From Flavobacteriaceae bacterium (GTDB lineage: Bacteria > Bacteroidota > Bacteroidia > Flavobacteriales > Flavobacteriaceae): a DNA stretch of 32,000 nucleotides. Position 1 is the first letter of the stretch, and every line of letters begins with the position of its first letter. Of the stretch, positions 1 through 9,387 are shown one piece after another. The position numbers and the translations under genes were made by a program. The notes beneath the pieces were generated by a model, which searched no databases, had not been told where the DNA came from, and saw only the letters and a program-made list of their open reading frames with translations. The stretch spans positions 4,500,001 to 4,532,000 of the forward strand of contig OZ245049.1 in assembly GCA_965224465.1 (NCBI GenBank). The letters are read 5' to 3'.

Positions 1-1215
1 ATGTCTATATCCTTAAAATTATTAGATGCAGAGATTCTGATTTTTGATAATAAATACGCTGCTGCCATTGAGATTTTGGATATCATTCAAGCAATGGAGC
101 CTACCAACGAAGAGGTTTTTATTCAAAAAGCAACTATTTTTTCAAAAACAAATGCCCACGAGAAAGCGGTCGATATATTAAAAACGGCATTAGAATTTGC
201 GGATGATAAAGCAGAAGTCTATGCGTTGTTAGGGATGGAATATTTGTTTTTATATAATTTTAAGGATGCTCGAGATAATTTTATAGCTTGTTTGGAAGCA
301 GATTTTGAGGATTATTCTTCTCTTTATAATGTAGTCTATTGTTTTGATATGGAAAACAAGCATGTAGAAGCGATCGAGTTCTTAAAAGAATATATAGAAA
401 AAGATCCTTACAGCGATGTTGCATGGCATCAGCTGGGACGTCAACATTACGTATTGGATCAGTTTAACGAGGCATTGCGTGCATTTGATTTCGCGGTCTT
501 GGTAGACGAATTTTTTGTTGGAGCTTATATCGAAAAAGCTAAAACCCTTGAGAAATTAGAACGTTATAGTGAGGCAATTGAGAACTACAAGGCTACCTTG
601 GAACTTGAAGATGCCACTACATTTGCCCTTTTACGGATAGGTGAATGTTATTTAGAACTTGAAGATTTCGGAAATGCCTTAAAGTTTTACAAGCGTACGG
701 TTCACGAAGATCCATTATTAGATAAGGGATGGATGGCCTTATCTTCCATTTATTATAAACAGAAGGATTATGAAAAGTCGCTATATTATATTAACAAAGC
801 CTTGGATATTGATGAGGTTAACACGGCATATTTAAGACGTTTTGGAGAAATAAATATCAAACTTAGTTTTTACGAAGAAGCTGTAAAGGTTTTTGAAACA
901 TGTATAGAACTAGGAGATGATGATTTGGATATTTGGTTGGCATTGATAGATGTACAGTATTTTCTAGGAGATTTTGAACTGGCAATGGACAGCTTAAAAA
1001 AAGCAGATACAGTGCATGCAGATTCTCCCGAATTGAATTATAGATTGTCTTGTTTTCATTTTCTTTTTGATACAGAAGAAAACGGTGTGTATTACCTGAA
1101 AAAAGCCTTGGGAATTGATTTTGATTACCATCTAATAATCAAGGAAATGTATCCATCCGTTTTTGATTTACACGTAGTGCAAGATATTGTGAGTTTTTAC
1201 AAATTTTCTTTCTAA
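1..1215 (+). CDS. tetratricopeptide (TPR) repeat protein; may continue upstream of the window
   Basis: 404-aa ORF made of repeated ~34-aa helical units with TPR-like A/Y/L spacing (e.g. ALKFYKRTVHEDP, KSLYYINKALDID). The ORF starts at base 1, so the 5' end is uncertain. Confidence 0.7.
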   Translation: MSISLKLLDAEILIFDNKYAAAIEILDIIQAMEPTNEEVFIQKATIFSKTNAHEKAVDILKTALEFADDKAEVYALLGMEYLFLYNFKDARDNFIACLEADFEDYSSLYNVVYCFDMENKHVEAIEFLKEYIEKDPYSDVAWHQLGRQHYVLDQFNEALRAFDFAVLVDEFFVGAYIEKAKTLEKLERYSEAIENYKATLELEDATTFALLRIGECYLELEDFGNALKFYKRTVHEDPLLDKGWMALSSIYYKQKDYEKSLYYINKALDIDEVNTAYLRRFGEINIKLSFYEEAVKVFETCIELGDDDLDIWLALIDVQYFLGDFELAMDSLKKADTVHADSPELNYRLSCFHFLFDTEENGVYYLKKALGIDFDYHLIIKEMYPSVFDLHVVQDIVSFYKFSF

Positions 1216-1223
1216 GAAAAGAG

Positions 1224-1231
1224 TACATTTG
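1224..1231 (+). promoter_or_regulatory. candidate Bacteroidota -7 promoter box (TACATTTG) for the DUF368 genes
   Basis: Exact match to TAnnTTTG, ending 20 nt upstream of the ATG at 1252. Confidence 0.35.
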
Positions 1232-1251
1232 TGTTCAAATATTGAAGACAG

Positions 1252-2175
1252 ATGCAAAAAAGAAGATGTATTGATTATCTTATTATTACCTTAAAAGGTA
1301 TAGCTATGGGAGCTGCAGATGTGGTCCCTGGCGTATCAGGAGGTACCATTGCTTTTATTTCAGGGATTTACGAAGAATTATTAGATTCCATAAGTTCGGT
1401 AAATTTAGCTGCTTTAAAAACATTAAAAGACAAAGGTTTTAAGTGTTTTTGGGAGGCAATTAACGGTAGCTTTTTGGCAGCATTATTTTTGGGAGTAGGG
1501 ATTAGTGTGGCTTCTTTGGCTAAACTGATTGCGTATCTCTTAGATGAACATGCCATCTTATTATGGTCGTTCTTTTTTGGATTGGTACTCGCGAGTGTGC
1601 TATACGTAGCAAAACAAATCACAAAGTGGTCTGTATTGAATGTCTTATTATTAATAATTGGCGCTTTTTTAGCTTTTTATATCACTACATTAACGCCTGT
1701 TACAAGCAACGAAATAGCTCCCCTTTATTTGTTCCTTTGCGGTGCTTTAGCTATTTGTGCTATGATTTTACCAGGGATTTCGGGATCATTTATTTTGGTG
1801 TTATTAGGAGCTTATCGCCATGTTTTGGATTCTGTACATGAGCGTGATTTAAAATCTATTGCTATTATTGGAGCAGGAGCTCTTGTGGGAATACTCACTT
1901 TTTCTAGATTGTTAAAATGGCTGTTTACCCATTATAAAAACGCAACGTTGGCTGTGTTAACTGGTTTTATTGTAGGATCTCTTAATAAGATTTGGCCTTG
2001 GAAAAAAGTCTTGGATTCTAAAATGTTTGGAGAAAAACTTGTGGTCCTACAAGAAAAAAGTGTACTTCCTATGAATTATGAAGGAGATAGTTTACTGCTT
2101 TATGCAGGTGTATTAGCGGTTATAGGTTTTTCTCTTATTTTAATCCTTGAAAAATTAGCGAAGAAAAAGCAATAA
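1252..2175 (+). CDS. DUF368 family integral membrane protein
   Basis: N-terminal GAADVVPGVSGGTIAFISGIYEEL and a second PGISGSFILVLLG motif; multi-pass hydrophobic protein. Confidence 0.75.
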   Translation: MQKRRCIDYLIITLKGIAMGAADVVPGVSGGTIAFISGIYEELLDSISSVNLAALKTLKDKGFKCFWEAINGSFLAALFLGVGISVASLAKLIAYLLDEHAILLWSFFFGLVLASVLYVAKQITKWSVLNVLLLIIGAFLAFYITTLTPVTSNEIAPLYLFLCGALAICAMILPGISGSFILVLLGAYRHVLDSVHERDLKSIAIIGAGALVGILTFSRLLKWLFTHYKNATLAVLTGFIVGSLNKIWPWKKVLDSKMFGEKLVVLQEKSVLPMNYEGDSLLLYAGVLAVIGFSLILILEKLAKKKQ

Positions 2176-3210
2176 ATGGCATCAAAAAGAACATTATTAG
2201 ATAAGTTTTTCCTTTTTGTAAAGGGGCTTTCCATGGGGGCTGCCAATAAGGTTCCTGGGGTTTCTGGGGGGACAGTTTCGTTTGTGTTGGGCTTTTATGA
2301 AGAGCTTATTTATTCGTTTAAAAAAATAAATTGGAAAGCATTGAAGCTGCTTTTTACAGGGAGATTCAAAAGTTTTTATCAATATATAAATGCTGAATTT
2401 TTACTCTTAGTAATGGGAGGGAGTATGTGTAGTTATTTCACTATTTCTCTAGTGCTGGATTATTTATTAAAGGCTTATGAATTGTATGTTTGGTCTGCTT
2501 TTTTTGGAATGATATTAGGATCTATTTATTATATAGCAAAAGATTTTAACGATTTTAGATTGTCTAATATATTGAGCGTTGTTACAGGAATTTGTCTTGG
2601 GATTGCAATCAGTTTTATGAGTCCTGCAAAGGAGAATACAAATTTGTATTTTGTTTTTTTCTGTGGAATTATTGGTGTTTCAGGGATGACACTTCCTGGG
2701 CTTTCTGGTTCATTTATCCTTATTTTAATGGGGAATTATGTGCTGTTACTTGTAGATTCAGTAAATGTGTTGACTAGAACTATATTTGATATGTTTACGG
2801 GGAATTTTGATTTTTTGGAGAATACAGAACGTATTAAATATTTAAAAATTGTAGGGGTTTTTACTGCGGGTTCTACCTTTGGACTAATTTTTATATCCCA
2901 TATTTTGGGCTTTGTATTAAAACGTTGGCATCAATTGGTAACGGCCATGATCTTAGGTTTTATCATTGGTTCTCTTGGGATTGTTTGGCCCTGGAAAACG
3001 GTTGTTTTTAAAAGTGAAAATGGAAGCCTGCTTACCGATGTAAATGGAAATAATATCATTCAAAATTACCAACGGTTTTTACCCGATGTTTCTTTGACGG
3101 AAACTTGGATGGCTATATTCTATATTCTTTTTGGAGTAGGCATTGTTTTATTGATAGATTTTTTTTCTAAACAAAATATTACCGAAAAATATGATAGACA
3201 AAACACATAA
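2176..3210 (+). CDS. DUF368 family integral membrane protein (tandem paralog)
   Basis: GAANKVPGVSGGTVSFVLGFYEEL and PGLSGSFILILMG motifs. The ATG directly follows the stop of the upstream paralog. Confidence 0.75.
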   Translation: MASKRTLLDKFFLFVKGLSMGAANKVPGVSGGTVSFVLGFYEELIYSFKKINWKALKLLFTGRFKSFYQYINAEFLLLVMGGSMCSYFTISLVLDYLLKAYELYVWSAFFGMILGSIYYIAKDFNDFRLSNILSVVTGICLGIAISFMSPAKENTNLYFVFFCGIIGVSGMTLPGLSGSFILILMGNYVLLLVDSVNVLTRTIFDMFTGNFDFLENTERIKYLKIVGVFTAGSTFGLIFISHILGFVLKRWHQLVTAMILGFIIGSLGIVWPWKTVVFKSENGSLLTDVNGNNIIQNYQRFLPDVSLTETWMAIFYILFGVGIVLLIDFFSKQNITEKYDRQNT

Positions 3211-3937
3211 ATATGGTTTGGTAGGGAGAAATATTTCCTATTCTTTTTCTCGCCACTATTTTACCAATAAATTTGAAGAACTACATCTAAATACGCATAG
3301 TTATGAGAATGTAGACAAGAAAAACACAGAAGAATTAAAACTTTTTTTTAAGGAGGATTTTAAAAAATTCAAAGGGTTTAGTGTTACTATCCCTTACAAA
3401 CATGATGTGTTTGATTTTTTAGATGATGTAGAAGAAGAAGCTCGTAAAATTGGAGCCGTAAATTGTATTAAAGTCACAGACGACTATAAATTAATAGGAT
3501 ATAATACGGATGTTTATGGTTTTAAAAAGGCCATAGAACCGATGCTGAAAAAGCAAGATACAAAAGCACTAATATTGGGAACTGGAGGCGCTGCTAAAGC
3601 GGTGGCTTATGTTTTTGATAGTCTTGATATAACGTATAAATTTGTATCTCGTTCTGCTGTGGGAACACAAATTTCCTATGCGGACATTACAGAGGAATTA
3701 CTCCTAGATTATACCGTAATTGTAAATTGTTCTCCTGTAGGAACATTTCCTAATATTGACCAATGCCCTGCCATTCCGTATCAATTTATTGGCAAAAAGC
3801 ATGTCTTGTTTGATTTGATATATAACCCAGATCAAACCTTGTTTTTAGCCAAAGGAAAAGAACAAGGAGCTGCTATAAAAAATGGCTTAGAAATGTTAGA
3901 ACAACAGGCGGAAAAGGCATGGGATATTTGGAATTAA
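3191..3937 (+). CDS. aroE: shikimate 5-dehydrogenase
   Basis: YGLVGRNISYSFS, VTIPYK, GAVNC, GYNTDVYGF and NAD(P)-binding LGTGGAAKAV motifs. Overlaps the upstream gene by 20 nt. Confidence 0.85.
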   Translation: MIDKTHKYGLVGRNISYSFSRHYFTNKFEELHLNTHSYENVDKKNTEELKLFFKEDFKKFKGFSVTIPYKHDVFDFLDDVEEEARKIGAVNCIKVTDDYKLIGYNTDVYGFKKAIEPMLKKQDTKALILGTGGAAKAVAYVFDSLDITYKFVSRSAVGTQISYADITEELLLDYTVIVNCSPVGTFPNIDQCPAIPYQFIGKKHVLFDLIYNPDQTLFLAKGKEQGAAIKNGLEMLEQQAEKAWDIWN

Positions 3938-4041
3938 TATATTTAGTGGTTATTAGTAAAAATCATCTTAAAATAATTTCTCATGTACATCGCAATTACT
4001 ATCTTTAGATTTTAATTGAAGGAACCATAAACATTATAAAT

Positions 4042-6087
4042 ATGTTAGACGAAAAAAACAATGATGCGTCAGCTGTAAAAGTTGAAAAAACAAGTGCAAC
4101 GACTAATCAAGAGATAAAGACAGAAACAGCAGCTGAAGTTGTGGAGTCTGTTGAAAGTGTAAAAGAAGTGGAAACTGAACTTACCAAAGTAGTTGAAACG
4201 ATTGATGATGCTGAGAAAGAAGTAGTTGAAGTTAAGGAGGATGCTGAGCATGTAATTGCCGAGGTTGATGCTGAGGAGAAAGTGATAGTAGAACATGATA
4301 CTGCAATTGATGAAATGGATAAAAAAGTAGCCGAATCTTCTGAAACTATTGTTGAAACAGAACAAATTGAACTGCTCGATTATAAAAGTATGGAACTGGA
4401 ACAATTGGTTTCTGAACTAACCGTGTTAGTGAAAGAAAAACCAGTATTGTTAATTAAAAATAGTGTAAACGAAATTAAAAGTGCGTTTAATAAAAAGTTC
4501 GGAGTATTATTAGCCGCTAAAAAAGACTTGTTTTTAGAGGAAGGTGGAAACGAAATTGATTTTCAATATTCCAACCCTTTAAAAACATCTTATAATGCAC
4601 TGTTGTTTGATTATAAAGTTAAAAGAGATACTCATTTTGCAGGTGTGGAGAAAGAACTGAATGCAAATTTACTTTCTAGAAACAATGTAATTGAGGAGTT
4701 GAAAAACTTGATAGAACATGCGGACGGTAATACAATGTACAAAAACTTTAGAAACTTACAAGATACATGGCGTGCTATTGGACCTGTTCCTAAAGCGACT
4801 TATAATGATACTTGGAAAACCTACCATCATCATGTAGAGCGTTTTTATGATTTATTACATTTAAACAATGATTTACGGGATCTAGATTTTAAACATAATC
4901 TAGAAGAAAAAATAAAATTGGTAACCAAAGCAGAAGAATTGGCGGAACACCCAGATATTAATTTTGCTTTTAAAGAGTTACAAGTTATTCATAAATTGTG
5001 GAAAGAGGAAGTAGGGCCTGTTGGAAGAGAACATCGCGAGGAAGTTTGGAATCGATTTAGTGCCGCAACCAAAAAAGTCCATGACAAAAGACACGAACAT
5101 TTTAAAGAGTTGCGTTCGGAATACGAAGCGAATGTAGATAAGAAAATAGCTGTTATAGAAGAGATCAATGCCTATGATACCTCCAATAATAAATCGCGTT
5201 CTGATTGGCAAAAAAGTATAAAGGAAATTGAGGTGTTACGTGATAAGTTTTTTAAATGTGGAGCTGTTCCTCGTGCTAAAAACGAAGAGGTTTGGCAGTT
5301 GTTTAAAACGGCAACACACAAGTTTAATAAGTCTAAGAATCTTTTTTACAAAGATGTAAAAGATGAGCAACTTACAAACTTAAAGAGAAAACAAGCACTG
5401 GTGACTCAAGCAAACGCTTTAAAAGAAAACGACGATTGGGAAAACACTACCAATATGATGAAGAGAATTCAGTCAGATTGGAAAAAAGTAGGACATGTGC
5501 CACGTAAGTATTCGGATAAGTTATGGAAAGAATTTAAAGATGCCTGTAATCATTATTTTGATAAATTACATCAAGTGCAAGATGCGGATAGTAAAGAAGA
5601 ATTAGCGTATTATGATGCTAAGAAAACCTTACTAGATACCATTAAAAATAATTTAGAAGAAAAAGTTGAGATTACCCTAGATACGATTGATGGATATATT
5701 TCTGAGTGGAGAGGAATAGGAAAAGTTCCTTTTGATAAAAAATATATTGAAGGTAAATTTAATAAATTGATAACAACTGTTGCTGAATCTATTAACCTAG
5801 ATAAAGAAGCTATTGAAATGTTGAAATTTAAAAATGTAATTTCTAACTATTTAGAACAAAAAAATTACAGAAAGTTAGATGCTGAACAATTGTTTGTTAG
5901 AAAGAGAATTGATGAATGTATGAAAGAAGTACAACAGTTAGAAAATAACCTAGGATTTATTTCAAATGTAAAAGATGATAATCCACTCTTAATAAATGTT
6001 CTTAAAAATATTGATCAACACAAAGACAATGTTAAAATTTGGAAAAATAAATTGGCGTATTTAAGAACGTTGAGCTATAGTAATTAA
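4042..6087 (+). CDS. DUF349 domain-containing protein with acidic N-terminal region
   Basis: Repeated ~75-aa units with the W..(F/Y)...(K/R) pattern (TWKTYHHHVERFY, EVWNRFSAATKKVHDKRHEHF, EVWQLFKTATHKF, KLWKEFKDACNHYF). The N-terminus is E/V-rich and low complexity. Confidence 0.7.
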   Translation: MLDEKNNDASAVKVEKTSATTNQEIKTETAAEVVESVESVKEVETELTKVVETIDDAEKEVVEVKEDAEHVIAEVDAEEKVIVEHDTAIDEMDKKVAESSETIVETEQIELLDYKSMELEQLVSELTVLVKEKPVLLIKNSVNEIKSAFNKKFGVLLAAKKDLFLEEGGNEIDFQYSNPLKTSYNALLFDYKVKRDTHFAGVEKELNANLLSRNNVIEELKNLIEHADGNTMYKNFRNLQDTWRAIGPVPKATYNDTWKTYHHHVERFYDLLHLNNDLRDLDFKHNLEEKIKLVTKAEELAEHPDINFAFKELQVIHKLWKEEVGPVGREHREEVWNRFSAATKKVHDKRHEHFKELRSEYEANVDKKIAVIEEINAYDTSNNKSRSDWQKSIKEIEVLRDKFFKCGAVPRAKNEEVWQLFKTATHKFNKSKNLFYKDVKDEQLTNLKRKQALVTQANALKENDDWENTTNMMKRIQSDWKKVGHVPRKYSDKLWKEFKDACNHYFDKLHQVQDADSKEELAYYDAKKTLLDTIKNNLEEKVEITLDTIDGYISEWRGIGKVPFDKKYIEGKFNKLITTVAESINLDKEAIEMLKFKNVISNYLEQKNYRKLDAEQLFVRKRIDECMKEVQQLENNLGFISNVKDDNPLLINVLKNIDQHKDNVKIWKNKLAYLRTLSYSN

Positions 6088-6236
6088 ATTTTCAAGTGAC
6101 GGTTTAAAAATGGAATTATTTTTTGTTTTAGCTAAGTAAAAATTCTAAGGATAGGCGATCGTTCTATTTTTTAACAACGCTAGAACGTGAAATAAACTGT
6201 TTACATCTATTATTTTGGACTTTAATTACTGTTATC
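6086..6236 (+). repeat. intergenic stem-forming repeat, copy 1 (long form, most diverged)
   Basis: TTTTCAAGTGACGGTTTAAAAATGGAATTATTTTTTGTTTTAGCTA...AACAACGCTAGAACGTGAAATAAAC...TTTTGGAC, homologous to six other copies in the window. Starts at the DUF349 stop codon. Confidence 0.8.
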
Positions 6237-6253
6237 CTTAAATTCAATAATTT

Positions 6254-6294
6254 AGACATAAAAAAACCTGCAATTTGCAGGTTTTTTTATGTCT
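6254..6294. terminator. bidirectional rho-independent terminator between convergent genes
   Basis: Perfect palindrome AGACATAAAAAAACCTGCAA/TTGCAGGTTTTTTTATGTCT, with a GC core stem CCTGCA..TGCAGG flanked by A and T runs. Confidence 0.8.
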
Positions 6295-6305
6295 AAACTT
6301 ATAGT

Positions 6306-6926
6306 TTATTTTTGTACACTTATATAGGTTGCAATGTTAATTTTAACCTCACTCCACGTTTTTGTAATACCGTCAGGTCCTGTGTGTAGGTCTTTACAAA
6401 CTGCATTTAAAGCTGTAATAGCAGCTTGAGCTTGCCAGTTATCTAAATTCATGGTAGCTTCCATCGTCGCCATCTGTCCGTCTAGAAAATAAGTGATAGG
6501 GAGTTCGTGAGTAATTCCATTAAGGGTGAGCTCTACTTTTCCAGAGGTTTCGGTCTCCATTATCAGTGTCCCTTTAATCTCAGCAGTTTCCGCCATGGCA
6601 CCAAAAAATGAAGTTTTTAATTTAGCATCTCTTTCTTCATTATTAGAAAACAAAGAAGAAATTGGAATTGAAAATTCTAAGTTATTCAATGCATCTTTTA
6701 AATTTGCTGCGGGCTTTGCTTTTGTGAATTTTACAACTCTAAACTCTCCTTTTACGGGTAGTTTTTCTGTTGTTTTGTAAGCTGTCCATTTGACAGAAGT
6801 TGTTTTTTCGTTTACAACATACATTACAGTGTCTTTTGCAGGAGCATCTTTCTTTTTGTTCTCTTTACAAGAAGTGAATGTAATAGTTGTTAGGATTAAG
6901 AAACAGAGGGTGTAGTAATTTTTCAT
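6306..6926 (-). CDS. YceI-like lipoprotein
   Basis: Lipoprotein signal (LTTITFTSC); VKWTAYKT..VKGEF and SSLFSNNEERDAKLKTSFFG resemble YceI-family motifs. Confidence 0.55.
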   Translation of the reverse strand: MKNYYTLCFLILTTITFTSCKENKKKDAPAKDTVMYVVNEKTTSVKWTAYKTTEKLPVKGEFRVVKFTKAKPAANLKDALNNLEFSIPISSLFSNNEERDAKLKTSFFGAMAETAEIKGTLIMETETSGKVELTLNGITHELPITYFLDGQMATMEATMNLDNWQAQAAITALNAVCKDLHTGPDGITKTWSEVKINIATYISVQK

Positions 6927-6992
6927 GGTATTTGTTTTTATTTTGTATGTATTATAAAACTTAACGTTCTAAATTCGGATATATTTTTTAAA

Positions 6993-7259
6993 CTAGGAAG
7001 TAATATGTTTTTCTACTAATTGGATATACATTTTTTTTGCCTCTTCAATAGTAAGGCTACTTAATTGCATCCAAGCATTTAGTTTAAATGCACTGCGGAC
7101 ATCATTCTCTTCGTTGTAAAGCGATTGATAGTTGTTTTCTTTTGTAGATTTTTTATAACAAGCATATAGTTGGAGCATTACGTCTGCCGGTTGTTTTTGA
7201 CGAGACGCATTTGCTTTTTCATAGGCCTTGTTAAATTCAATGTCTAATTCATTTTCCAT
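6993..7259 (-). CDS. acyl-CoA-binding protein (ACBP)
   Basis: 88 aa; F..A.......KP....ML.LYA.YK......, then ..AW and EEAKKMYIQLVEK, the typical ACBP four-helix signature. Confidence 0.7.
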   Translation of the reverse strand: MENELDIEFNKAYEKANASRQKQPADVMLQLYACYKKSTKENNYQSLYNEENDVRSAFKLNAWMQLSSLTIEEAKKMYIQLVEKHITS

Positions 7260-7283
7260 TGTATGATATTTGAAAAATAGTAG

Positions 7284-7934
7284 TTATAAAGTTGCAATTA
7301 TTTGTTCTCCACCTGTCACTGTATCGTTTATCTTTACAGATAGTTTTGAGTCCAAAGGTAAATATAAATCTACACGTGAGCCAAATTTTATAAATCCAGC
7401 GTCGGTTCCTTGCCTGATTGTTTCTCCTTTTTTTGCATAATTGACAATACGCCTTGCCAATGCACCTGCCACGTTCCTATAAAGTATTGCTCCTATAGTA
7501 TCGTTTTTTATAACAATTGTAGTGCGTTCGTTTTCTTCGGAAGCTTTGGGATGCCACGCTAGCAAGTGTTTTCCTGGATGGTAGGTACTGTAAACTATTT
7601 TTCCACTAATTGGATATCTTGTTACATGTACATTTATGGGAGATATAAAGATAGATACTTGAAGTCGTTTTTCTTTAAAATATTCGTTTTCAAATACTTC
7701 TTCTATTCCTACAATTTTTCCGTCTACAGGTGCCATAATGGCATTTTCGGTTAAAATTGTATTCCTTTTTGGGTTTCTAAAAAATTGTAAAACACTTATT
7801 AAAACGACAAGTACAATGGCAGTTAGGGTTTTGTTTGCCCAGAGAGTTGTCGTATAGTTTTCAATTAAAATAATACTAATTCCTGTGAAGATTGCTGCAA
7901 TTAATATACTATTAAATCCTTCTTTGTGAAACAT
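7284..7934 (-). CDS. psd: phosphatidylserine decarboxylase proenzyme
   Basis: N-terminal TM segments, HVTRYPISG, and the cleavage-site region GFIKFGSRVDLYLP. Confidence 0.9.
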   Translation of the reverse strand: MFHKEGFNSILIAAIFTGISIILIENYTTTLWANKTLTAIVLVVLISVLQFFRNPKRNTILTENAIMAPVDGKIVGIEEVFENEYFKEKRLQVSIFISPINVHVTRYPISGKIVYSTYHPGKHLLAWHPKASEENERTTIVIKNDTIGAILYRNVAGALARRIVNYAKKGETIRQGTDAGFIKFGSRVDLYLPLDSKLSVKINDTVTGGEQIIATL

Positions 7935-7935
7935 A

Positions 7936-8751
7936 TTAATGGACTAGTTGTAGGTAAATAAATATAAAAGGGGCTGCAAAAATAACACTGTCAAATCTGT
8001 CTAAAAAACCACCATGTCCTGGGATAAAATTACTACTGTCTTTTACGCCAGCCTGCCTTTTAAACATAGACTCGATCAAATCACCTAAAACGCCAAAGAT
8101 ACTTACAATTGCAGCGATAGCAAACCAGTGATGTAGGCTTAGGTCTGTAAAATAATTGGCAATAATAATACAGGCGATAAATGTAAAAACCAGTCCTCCT
8201 AAGAAACCTTCCTGTGTTTTGTTTGGAGAAATACGCTCTAGTAATTTTCTTTTTCCAATGTTTTTACCTACGAGATATGCAAAAGAATCGTTGACCCAAA
8301 TTAAAATAAATACACCTAAAATAGTGGTGTTTACATATTCGAAAGAGACATTTAAAAATGGAATTTGTACCATCAATGTAAATGGAGCTATAATATAAAC
8401 GACGGTAAGGAATATTTTTCCGAGATGAGAAATAACTTCTTCCTTTTTTGCAAATAAAATAGAAGCAAAGGATGAAAATATGACTAAAAATAATAAAACT
8501 CCGGCATACGTAAAGATTGTTTTTGAAGGGACATCTTCCACGTTTAATATATTTCCGAAAATAAAAAATAAAACACCTATTAAATAAGGGAATACACTTT
8601 TTAGTCCTATCATTCTTTTGAATTCAAATAGGCAAACCATCATTAATAAAAAGAATAGTGTAATAAATGTAATTTTATTAAATAGAATGCAAAAAACAAG
8701 TACTGTAACAAATACTAGTCCTGAAAGTGTGCGCTTGGCTATTGTGCTCAT
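7936..8751 (-). CDS. cdsA: phosphatidate cytidylyltransferase
   Basis: Polytopic membrane protein with the C-terminal signature SMFKRQAGVKDSSNFIPGHGGFLDRFDS. Confidence 0.9.
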   Translation of the reverse strand: MSTIAKRTLSGLVFVTVLVFCILFNKITFITLFFLLMMVCLFEFKRMIGLKSVFPYLIGVLFFIFGNILNVEDVPSKTIFTYAGVLLFLVIFSSFASILFAKKEEVISHLGKIFLTVVYIIAPFTLMVQIPFLNVSFEYVNTTILGVFILIWVNDSFAYLVGKNIGKRKLLERISPNKTQEGFLGGLVFTFIACIIIANYFTDLSLHHWFAIAAIVSIFGVLGDLIESMFKRQAGVKDSSNFIPGHGGFLDRFDSVIFAAPFIFIYLQLVH

Positions 8752-8754
8752 AAA

Positions 8755-9345
8755 TTATAAATCTTCGAAAAGTAAGAGGTATAAATTTTTTGCATTGTTA
8801 CAACCATAATTCATAAAGTCTACATCTTTTTTGTGAGGACTATAGTTTTTTACAGCACCAATATTGCTTGGGATATTTCCTCGATAATGAGCATTTATTC
8901 CAGTTAAACTTTCGCTTTGGTTTTTTACAATTTGGCTTGTTGTGGCATAAACAATGAAATCTACCGATAAATCGGCCAATTTTATATCACTTAGTTGGTT
9001 TGATGAAAATAAAATACTCCCGTTTTCGGCGATTAAATGCTCACAACATGTAAATAATGGTGCCTTCTCGCTAAAATGGGGGGTCTTTTTGATACTTAGT
9101 GCACCAATGAGTTTGAGTAAATCGTTATCAATACAAGTAACAGAATCCCAATGTTTGTTCTCACTAATAATATGTGTTAGAAACTCGGTGACTTCTTGTA
9201 AACTTGTACAATATAGGAATTTACCTCCGTGTTCTATAAAATTCTTAACAAAAACACTATCAATAGATTCCTCTTTGATAGTGTTTTTACTAGATTTTAT
9301 AGAATCCTTTTTTGATTTTTTAAAGATTTTTTTAAAAAAACTCAT
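8755..9345 (-). CDS. LUD (DUF162, LutC/YkgG-like) domain protein
   Basis: 196 aa; CEHLIAENGSILFSS, DFIVYATTSQIV and a C-terminal LYLLLFED pattern resemble LUD-domain proteins. Packed within the rsfS-ftsH-cdsA-psd string. Confidence 0.45.
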   Translation of the reverse strand: MSFFKKIFKKSKKDSIKSSKNTIKEESIDSVFVKNFIEHGGKFLYCTSLQEVTEFLTHIISENKHWDSVTCIDNDLLKLIGALSIKKTPHFSEKAPLFTCCEHLIAENGSILFSSNQLSDIKLADLSVDFIVYATTSQIVKNQSESLTGINAHYRGNIPSNIGAVKNYSPHKKDVDFMNYGCNNAKNLYLLLFEDL

Positions 9346-9387
9346 GCTACATTTTGAATAATTTCAAAAGTAAAGAAATACTAGTGA